Origin: Octopus vulgaris
Taxonomy: Eukaryota
Reading direction: 5' to 3'
DNA length: 64,000 bases
Assembly: GCA_951406725.2 (NCBI GenBank)
Contig: OX597819.1
Span: 71,920,001 to 71,984,000, forward strand
Part shown: one piece after another, positions 54,159 to 64,000 of the stretch
How positions within the stretch are numbered: the stretch's first letter is position 1
How the letters are laid out: each line of letters opens with the position of its first letter
The notes under the pieces: model-generated
Database searches by the model: none
What the model was told of the DNA's origin: nothing
The model's input: only the letters and a program-made list of their open reading frames with translations
Translations under genes and position numbers: made by a program

Positions 54159-55387
54159 CAAAAAATATTTCTCAGACTCTCTGTTAATACAAATACCCCA
54201 GGGGTATGTGTCACTTAGCATTTTTGCTAAGAAAATCCTTTGAGTAAGAATTTGAGACACAAGACCCAAATACCAACCTGAAACATAGATTCCTTTTTTG
54301 AATGAATGACATTAAGAAGAGTTTTCATATCGTTACGAATTTCTCGAATGTTAAAAGGTTGATTCAGTTGATTCAGTTTAAATATTCACACTTGAATGCA
54401 AAACGAGGAGAAACAACCCGCCAGTATCTCTCTCCGTTATCTGCTCTTCCGTAATTTGACCACAAAAATACCACAGATTGTGAGGGATGGGTCAAATAAT
54501 TTCGTAGCCAGAAGATATAGCTGTCATATGTAAATATGATCCTCAAGACCTTATACGTGAAATAAATCGGTGGCACTAATGTCTTTACATATGTAAACTA
54601 TTATGCAAATCCAGTGCAACGGATTATCGGATAAATGCATTTCTGATTACCAACAGAATGTCCTACAAGGTTATGTTGTCAGAAAATATCAGAAAGATCG
54701 TAGCATAGAAAACCGGAGCAACCATTCCAATTTTTTCTATTTTATTTCCTTAGTATTTCTGAATGAAAACCGGGTCATTGATATTAAAAGCCGAAAGTTA
54801 TCCATAACACAAGGAATTTCTAAATTACTCATGATAATGATTGCATATTGCTAAAACGAAAACCATGGAGACAGAAGGCAAAATATCGATTCAAACAGCC
54901 TTTGAATATTGGATCATATGCTTTCGATGTCTAATGATGATTTAGCTTGAAATTACATCGATGGGTCGTAAAGTAAATTGCTCCACGATAAGAAAACTCT
55001 CAAGAGAGCTGAATAACAGAAGATCTTCAGAGAAGAAAGCCTCCTTAGGCAAATGTTTCGGCTCTTGTTACACACGGAGGAGACCGAGTCACATCCGGGT
55101 CATGACACCTGGGTGTTTCTCTCATGATACATTTAAGTCAGTCACTTGGATATCAGAGAATTATGCATTTAAACAATGATAATAACAAATATAAAACATA
55201 GTACTCTATCTTGGACCAACAACTGGTTTATTTTCGCTCTCAATTTTAGGAGTATGTTTTAGCAATCCAGGGACAGGAAATGACAACAAAAATATCCGAT
55301 ACACGAAAAGGCTAAGAATGCGAGTAAAACACCGAGATGGGATAACTTATACAGATTCTGTGGAATTAACTTGAAGGTTTGATCTGT

Positions 55388-55550
55388 AGGTGAAGGTGTG
55401 GCTTTGTGGTAAGAAGTTTGCTTCCCAACCACATGGTTCCGGTTTCAATCCCACTGTGCGGCATGTTGAGCAAGTGTCTTCTACTATAGCATTGGGCCGA
55501 CCAGAGCCTTGTGAGAGGATTTGATAGACGGAAACTGAAAGAAGTCCATC
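55388..55550 (+). mobile_element. SINE family A 5' half
   Basis: Consensus match; another 5' half at 56770-56900. Confidence 0.8.
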
Positions 55551-55559
55551 CTATATAAA

Positions 55560-55592
<33 letters not shown>

Positions 55593-57099
55593 AGGCGCAG
55601 TAGTAGATGTGTGGCAAGTAGCTTGCTTATCAAGTAGGCTGCATACTTCCCATGTGTTTTTGAGACTTCCCATGAGTCTTTGTTGTCAGTGTGCGCATGT
55701 GTCATTGTGTTGTGCACTGAAGAAGATAGCCGACAGTGTTTAGCCTGCCAAAAGAAGCTGCTGCAAGGTAAGTCTTTTCTCTTGGACCCAGTGAGGATCG
55801 TTGTCCGTGCTTATATTTTTTACAAACAGAGAATCCTCACTGGATTCAGGATGCTGGTCTACTTGTGGTACAGCAATATGGTTCATATTGAATGAAATTT
55901 TTTTCTCATTGTGAGAAGTACAGATTGGTGGGCGTATCCTTCAACCAAAAATTGTTCACTTTTTAACAGTGTATGTTTTTACAACAACATTTACCATTAT
56001 TGGAAAACTGTATTTCAAGTGTTCAAATGAGGTGAACATTTTTTCTCATTGTAAGAAATATAGTTTGGTGACGTATCCTGCTACCAAAAGTCGTTCGCTG
56101 TTTGTAAATAGTGTGTATTTTACAACTAAGTTAGAAAGCTGTATTTTAAGTGGAGTTGTCCAGGTTTTAATTCGAGTACCATAAGGGCTTGGGGTACCTG
56201 AATGCCCAGATTGTTTTCTTCTTCTATTGTGACTTTTTATATTGAACTGCTTGCTTTTTTTTTCTTCTTCCCTTTTGTTTCCTTTTGAATTCTCTCTTTC
56301 CTTTTTGGTGAACTATTATTTTGGACCTTTTTTATTTTTCAATTAAAAACATGGCAAAAAGTTTTTGAAAATGGCCGGTTGCAGGCCTTGTCTTGAATGA
56401 GGCGTGGGTGATGGTGGAGTATACGGGTACAAGCGATGTTAGGGAGGAATAATGACAAGAGGTTGAAAAGCGTTATAATGTTTATTATATTTATTGCATG
56501 CTATTGTGTTTAAGAGGCTTAACGCCCCAATTCTTAAATGGACTATTAGTCCAAAAAATGTAAAACTGAAGTAAGAGGTTCATTACCTCATTTTGTCTTT
56601 TTCTGTGAAAAAAAGAAAAGAATAATGTTTTAGAGAAGCAAAAGATCGGCGGGCTTTTGTTGTCTTCTCCCATTAATATCATCCTTATCATCATTCACTT
56701 CATCAATGTCTTTGTCCAGCCCGCAAGCTACTCTGTGTCATGCCTTTATGGAAAAAATTCTTTAAATAAAGTAGTTTGCTTACCAACTACATGGTTCCGG
56801 GTTCAGTCCCACTGCGTGGCACGTTGGGCAAGTGTCTTCTACTATAGCTTTGGGCCGACCAAAGCCTTGTGAGTGGATTTGGTAGACGGAAACTGAAAGA
56901 GTTTCATTTTATATAAATATGCGTGTGTGCGCGTGTGCGCGCGCCCGTGCGTGTGTGTGCAGGAAAGAGAAGAGGGAGGGAAAGAAGGAGATGCTATATT
57001 TACATTTACACATGCATGTACGCTTACAAACTTGCATACAACTATGCATACAAATATACATATAGGAATAAATATATATATACGTGTATAGATAGATAA

Positions 57100-57155
<56 letters not shown>

Positions 57156-58367
57156 GGAGATGGATGGATGGATGAATATGCATATATATGTACGTATGTA
57201 CGTATTATGATGTACGTATGTAAGTATGTATGCATGCATGTATGTATATATGTATGTATGTATGTATATATGTATGTATGTATGTATTATGTATGTATGT
57301 ATATATGTATTTATGTATGTATGTATGTATGTATGTATGTATGTATGTATGTATGCAGTCACTAAGTATTGTGTGATTCTCCATTTCCTCATAGCAAATA
57401 ACCGACCAATCATGTTGCATTCCTAAGACTCTTATCTTGTTGTTTCGTTAATTCTTAGTAATTCTTAGTAATTCGGTAAATTGTATCTGAACCCTAACAC
57501 TAACCCTAATACTAATACTAATACTAATACTAACCGGAACATTTTGGAAATCAATGTATTCCACAGTACTGACATTCTCTTGTGGTATTCTATAATGATG
57601 AAGTCTTTGATGGTGACCTACTGCCCTATCCAAGTGAGCCGGGACTTGGGTTTATTCTTGAGGTCTTACACATTGCAATCCAATTTTGCAGATCACGGAA
57701 CAAATCATTTTTTGATGACCAGTACATAAAAACCACAACATCAAAATCCCGCAAGTCCTTTGTATCAATTTACTATCAACATACATGCACAAAAGCTAAT
57801 TTGTTGATCTATAAAAACCTAGCAATATCGATGTATTCAATTTGGTTATGTTTTCCTAATTATACTAAGCAGTCGTTATAAGCGCAGAAAACAGTCAGAC
57901 TAAACACGTAGATATATTATATTCAATAGTGTTTAATTATTTCAATGACTGGAACAATACAGCTGCCTCGGGGTCTAGAAATTTTTGTATGGCATGAAAT
58001 ATTAAAAAAAACCTCGCCGCACAAAATATTTACTTACCACCAAATAAGTAGCAAAATGCCGCAGTTTGAATCATAACTTCACGAGAAGAGAAAACAAAAA
58101 ATACTATACATAAGAATATAGGGAATGTATATGATGTAATTATAAGAGATATATCAGAATCTAAATATGGTGTATATAATTGCTATTATATCAGGCGTAG
58201 TAAGATTACCAAATGAAACTCTCAGTCGCGTGGTAATCTGTATCTAACATGCAACACAGAGAAAATTATAAAAAGACATAATAATTAAACAATATCTGTG
58301 AGGCGCCACAAAGTCTACCAAATTTATCTATAAGCATTATTCCCGCATGTCAGTATATCTAATATAG

Positions 58368-58745
<378 letters not shown>

Positions 58746-58747
58746 TA

Positions 58748-59635
58748 CGTAGTCTGATCAATAAGTATCCGGACTGTTGCCATAGTAACGAACCTAAAGC
58801 ACACAGAGGAAAGCCGCTTGACACAGTCTGGCAGTGAATTCAGTTGTGCATGTGCACGACGTTTTAACGTTCTAGCTCACTTCCGCTGTTTACAGCAGTC
58901 CTTGGAAAGAACGTGTGTAGCGAGTGATCATCACACTGACCATGACAGAAAAAGTTTAGCAGAGAATCTGTATTAAATTTTGCCAAAAGCTTGGCGATGC
59001 CTGCTCAAAGGCCGACACAAAGTTTTCAAAAAGCTTTCATTGTTTCGACACAATCAAGAAGATCTTGTGCAACTGAAGTTTCATTTTGGCAGCTGAAAGC
59101 AGTTTTAGCACAAACTTTGCAGATACGTGTCTCATACCCAAATCTTCAGTGATAATGGACTGAACTGAACTGAACTGTAAATAATCTGCACATCCTCTGA
59201 TAACTCATGGATGGTGAGTCGAGGATTTCTCGTCACAGTTGCACGCTCATCTGCGATATTTTTCTCAGTTCTACTGGTTGCGGGTCTTCCAGAGCGTTCG
59301 TCAAAATCGACATTTTTTCGGCCATCTTGGAAACGTCTGAATCACTCGTACATTTGTGTGCAGTTCATACCTTCCTCTCCACACACTTTTTGCAACTTTG
59401 CGTTGGCCTCTCAGCAGGTATCACCATGACAACTTTGTCATGGTCAATGCGACGATCACTCACTACATGCCTTCCTTCCAAACACTGCTGTAAGCAACAG
59501 AAGTGAGCTAGAACGTTAAAACTTAGTGCGCATGCACAGCAAAGGTCAAGGTCAATCTGTTCTTAGCAGCTTTACTCTGCGTGCTTTAGCTTCGTTACTA
59601 TAGCAACAATCCGGATACTTATTTATCAGACCTCG
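58748..59635. mobile_element. Non-autonomous mariner derivative made of two inverted left ends
   Basis: Long TIRs gtctgatcaataagtatccgga... / tccggatacttatttatcagac; MTEKV*QRICIKFCQKLG on +, HTH region (FQDGRKNVDFDERSGRP) on -. Confidence 0.8.
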
Positions 59636-59839
59636 TCATTTATTTTACTTGTTTCAGTCATTTGCCTGCGGCCATGTCGGATATTTATAAAATTAAAACA
59701 GAATTTTAGTTTAGCTACAGTGGATTCTTAGAAGCTTTGAAAGGCTGGGACATGAAAACGGTTCAAGAGAAAGTAATAACCATACATCATCATCCAAATT
59801 CAGAGGTTATATCAAAATTCTCAACTTAGACAACCACAC

Positions 59840-60797
59840 ATCTTTTATCTTTTATTTCTTACAGTCATTAGACTGCGGCCATGAATTTTTGTTGACTGAA
59901 TCGACCCCAGTACATATTTTTTTATAATAGGTGGTACTTATTGTATCAGTAAGTTTTACCAAACTACTAAGTCACGGGGACATAAACACACCAACAACAT
60001 TGGCACGTGGTGGGGGGGTAGGAGAAATACAGACACAAATACACACACCACACACACACACATATGCAACAGGCTTCTTTCAGTTTCCGTCTACCAAATC
60101 CATATACAAAGTTTTGGGCCGCCCGAGGCTATAGTAGAAGATACTTGCCCAACGTGCCACGCAGAGGGACTGAACTTAAAACCGTGTGGTTACGAAGTAA
60201 GCTTCTTACCACACAGCCATGTCTGCACCTAAAAAATATTCCGCCACTGAATATCGATGTGTTGTAGAAGCAAAAGGGAAGTTTGGTTTGATAATTGTAA
60301 TCGCCATTGTCGGAAGTATAAAACACAATCGGACCGATAAATAGCGAAAAGACCAAAACAGTTTAAACCATAATACTTGATGCATAAAATGGTTATCCTT
60401 TATTTTCTTATCTTTCGCTTCTTTCAGTCATTGGACTGCAGCCATGATAGGGCACTGGTGTGGAGGAGGGGTTTTAGTCAAGCAAATCGACTCGTGTTTT
60501 TTTTTAAGTCTGGCCCATACTCTTTCGAGGTCTTTCACCAAATCACTATGTCACAGAAACGTAAACAAACTAACAACGCTTTTCAACTGCAACGTGGACA
60601 GAGAGACAGACTCACACACACACACATACATACATACATACATACATACACATGTGCTACAGGCTTTCACACAGTTTCCGTCTACCAAATTCATTCTAAA
60701 GCATTCATGGGCCCAGGGCTATAGCAAATACTGTGACTGAACCCGAAATCACATGGTTACAAAGCGAGCATTTTAACCAAACAACCATGTCCGCATC
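59840..60797 (-). mobile_element. Two SINE family A copies (59840-60230, 60400-60797)
   Basis: Consensus match. Confidence 0.75.
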
Positions 60798-61342
60798 TGC
60801 TAATATTACTTACCAGTCAGTAACTAGAAGCACCACGTATCAATAAATCATTCTAATCAAAGTAAAATCATTCTGAACAGTTAACACTCACTTAACAGAT
60901 GAATTAATCATATTTCAGGAACAGCTTAGAGTTGGTCAAAATGTTAATCTCCAAGGATTATGATATCCACAACAAACCAAGAGATATTTCCTAAATCACT
61001 GGCACAACCAGTCGAACTGTACCTTTGAGTTGAAAATCTTCGCACTTTAAACGCGTCGAAACTGCGCTTGTAGTCTGAGTTCCCACGGCTAATGAGAGGA
61101 TTTCCCTACTTCCTTGTAAATCTTTTTCCGTCAATCGTTCCTATGTTTCATTTTGAATTTTCCCAATAGATTTAAACATCGATTTATTCGCTACCGAATT
61201 TTTAGTACTTTCACCCACTGTCTTCAGAAACTATTATTCGTATAAGAAAACATATAGCTTCAGGAAGCAGAAAAAATATTTGAAGACAAATTTATAACCG
61301 CAAAGAGCTGGTCCTTCCTCATAAACTAAATTCAGACTTTCT

Positions 61343-61740
61343 GGCGCAGGTGTGACTGTGTGGTAAGAACTTTGCTTCCCAACTATACAGTTCCAGGTTC
61401 TTAAGACTGCGAGGCACCTTGGGCAAGTGTCATCTACTGTAGCCTCGAACTGATCAAAGCCTTGTGAGTAGATTTGACAGACATAAACTAAAAGAAGCCC
61501 GTCGCATATATGTCTGTCTGTATCTTTGTGTTCGTGTGTGTGTGTGCACACCACCGCTTGACAAATGGTGTCGGTGTGTTTACGTCCCTGTAACTTAGCG
61601 TTTTGGCAAAAAAGACCGATGCAGTAAGTTCCAAGCTTTACAAAAAACGCGTACTGGGATCGATTCGTTCGACTAAAAATTCTTGAAGGTGGTGCACCAG
61701 CATGGCCGCAGTCTACCAACTGAAACAAGTAAAAGACAAA
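61343..61740 (+). mobile_element. SINE family A, full length
   Basis: Head through tail. Confidence 0.85.
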
Positions 61741-61794
61741 TGATATAGTCCCTAAATATTACCATTTCGTGTCCTAAGGAATTATAAGGTAGGT

Positions 61795-62012
61795 TGCCCG
61801 GTTTCCGTGGGGTGTAGGCGACAGTGATCATAACATAGCACCTGAACGGAACGCCAGTCCGTCGAAATATTATTCATTTACAGCTGAACAGACAGGACTG
61901 ACATGAAATGAAGTATTTCGTTCAAGAACAAAACGCATCCTGCTGCAGGAATCGAAGCCACGATCTTGCAATCAGGAATGCAACACCCTAACCGCTAGGT
62001 CACATGGTCTCA
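61795..62012 (-). mobile_element. SINE family E
   Basis: ggaacgccagtccgtcg, CORE-like segment, tRNA-like head. Confidence 0.65.
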
Positions 62013-62614
62013 CATAAGAAGCAAAACGTGAGTTTATTTGTGAACAGATTACCAGTTAGATTCATGATGTTTTTTTATAATAACAATCATGAGCTAAATA
62101 CAATTAAAGGACATAAAAATTATCTGATATTTAAGAAATAACTCGATAGGAAACTAGTTAAAGACCTCATTCATGTATTGGAGGAATATGACATTTATTC
62201 CGGAGAAAATTACAAAAACCGTCCTGTAAAAAACTAGTTTTCTGTCAGCTGTATTGTGTAATGTATCTGCACAAAACAAATGCTAACAAAGTGGGTTTTA
62301 CTTTAAATCTTCTCAGCTGAGTTAACGACACTGATTGGATTGTGATATATTGGTAAAATCGATGCCAATCAGCGAAGAATTACCCGGTACAAAACACAGC
62401 TACGTATAACATTAGCAGTAAATACAGTTTGTAAGGTAATCGATAACAGATCGCATTGTCTCAGACAGTTGAGATTTAGTTAAGACTCAATTTATCCAAA
62501 CACACGATAAACGCGAGAGATATTTTCATTGGAAGCTTCAGTGAGATAACCAGACGGGAGCAGAGATAAAGTAGCGCGGACATGCATACATATATACATA
62601 TATAGTAGTTGTAG

Positions 62615-63168
62615 TATTCCTAGGTAACACAGTGTAGGTAAAAATGTATCGGAGTCTTTAGTCATCAAGGATCTCAGACAGATAATACTTTCTTTAAGAT
62701 GTGTGCTGTGCCCAATAAGGCTGCATTTTGCAAGACATCAATCTTGCATGGGATTTCCAGTTGCTTTAAGAAGTTTCAATGGGATTGAGCCCAACGCTCT
62801 GATAACCACTGGTATCACTTTTATATTACCCTCTCACCTTCCATACAGACTTGCCATTTCCACTTTCAATTCGGAGTACTTGGAGATTTTTTTTTCAGCC
62901 TCTTTACTCACAACAATCATGTCATTTTGTATGGATTCATCAATGATCTGGCAGAATTTGTCTCTCTTATTCAATATGACAACATCCGACCGACGGTGTT
63001 CGATTAGACGATCCGTCTGAAAATCATAGTCCCAGAGTATCGTTACTTTTCTATCCTCCAGCATAACTTTACTTGGTACATGCTCATACCAGTTCTCTGT
63101 TACTTCATATTAGTATTTATGGCATAAGAGCTAATGAAGATACACACACACTTTATCGTGGCGGCGCT
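62615..63168 (-). mobile_element. RLE-LINE 3' fragment
   Basis: RRHDKV, VTILWDYDFQTDRLIEHRRSDVV, EKKISKY, LIGHS; a divergent family ending near (TAC/TAG)-type repeats. Confidence 0.85.
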
Positions 63169-63214
63169 TATTATTATTATTATCATTATTATTATTATTA
63201 TTATTATTATCATT

Positions 63215-64000
63215 ATTCAGTAGTTTTATTTTTATAGCGTGCTTTCACTTCACTACCGAGCACAGCTCTGTGTGCCTTGGGTATGTGCTGTGATTTGTTG
63301 TGATGCTCTGATGGTTATTGTATGGAAAGTGTTCTGCGTAGGATGTGTGCAGTGCCTAGTAGTGCAATTTTCTGTATGTTATATGTGTTTGTAAGTCCTG
63401 GTGTTTTTGTTATGTATTTGTCTGAATATTTTTTTATCATGCCTAATGCACCTACTATGATAGGAATTGTTTCTGTTTTCAGATTCCACATTCTAGATAC
63501 CTCTATTTCCAGGTCTTTGTATTTTGAGAGTTTCTCCATTTCTTTTAGAGACACGTTGTCATCAGCCGGTATTGATACATCAATTAGAAAGCATTTTTTT
63601 TCTTCATGATCTCTGACAACTATATCTGGTCTGTTGGCCTTAATTTCTCTATCTGTGTGTATCGGCATATCCCAGAGTATGGTTGCTTTCTCGTTTCCTG
63701 TGACCTTTTCTGGTGTGTGCCTATACCATCTTTTTTCTGTTGTTATTCCATAATGTTGGCATAGCTTCCAATGTATGTAGGTTCCAACTCTGTCATGTCT
63801 GTGAATATATTCCTTCTTAGCCAAGACTGGGCAGCTAGAGATAATATGATTTATTGTTTCTTGTCCATCTCCACATATTCTGCAGTTACTTGTAATATTT
63901 CTTTTCATTACATGTTTTTGGTAATTTCTGGTGGGGAGGCTTTGATCTTGTGCTGCAATTAAAAATCCCTCTGTTTCTGCTTTGAGTCCTGAGCTTCTCA
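63215..64000 (-). mobile_element. RLE-type (R4/Dong-like) LINE 3' part, runs off the window end
   Basis: GLKAETEGFLIAAQDQ, CRICGDGQETINHIISSC, RHD, RPDIV, EKLSKY; stop at 63315; (AAT)n tail. Confidence 0.92.

Noticed and set aside
55717-55765. Degenerate hammerhead
   Set aside because: GAAA is AAAA, stem II is mismatched and the cleavage position would be G.

Overview
AT-rich, repeat-dominated eukaryotic DNA. From recall of the SINE families it is most likely an octopod cephalopod genome (inference, no search run). I found no intact host protein-coding gene, and almost all ORFs in the track are microsatellite artefacts. The window holds several tRNA-headed SINE families, eight 3' fragments of RLE-type (R4/Dong-like) LINEs sitting in (TAA)n, one CR1-group LINE fragment, two full-length but dead mariner transposons plus mariner/pogo MITEs, Helitron/Helentron-like non-autonomous elements, many Penelope-like terminal remnants with minimal hammerhead ribozyme (HHR) motifs, an inverted minisatellite, and several decayed host-gene remnants. 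The most interesting candidate system is a tRNA-headed SINE with a hammerhead motif that integrates with an inverted copy of its tail and a TSD, i.e. an apparent Penelope-mobilised SINE (two copies, 9532-10086 and 17161-17474). Also notable are HHR cores with compensatory 3-8 base-pair swaps (C-G, G-C, U-A), and a ~570-bp structured ORF-less retroposon that shares the (TAA)n target of the R4/Dong LINEs. Coordinates were read by eye and may be off by a few bases.
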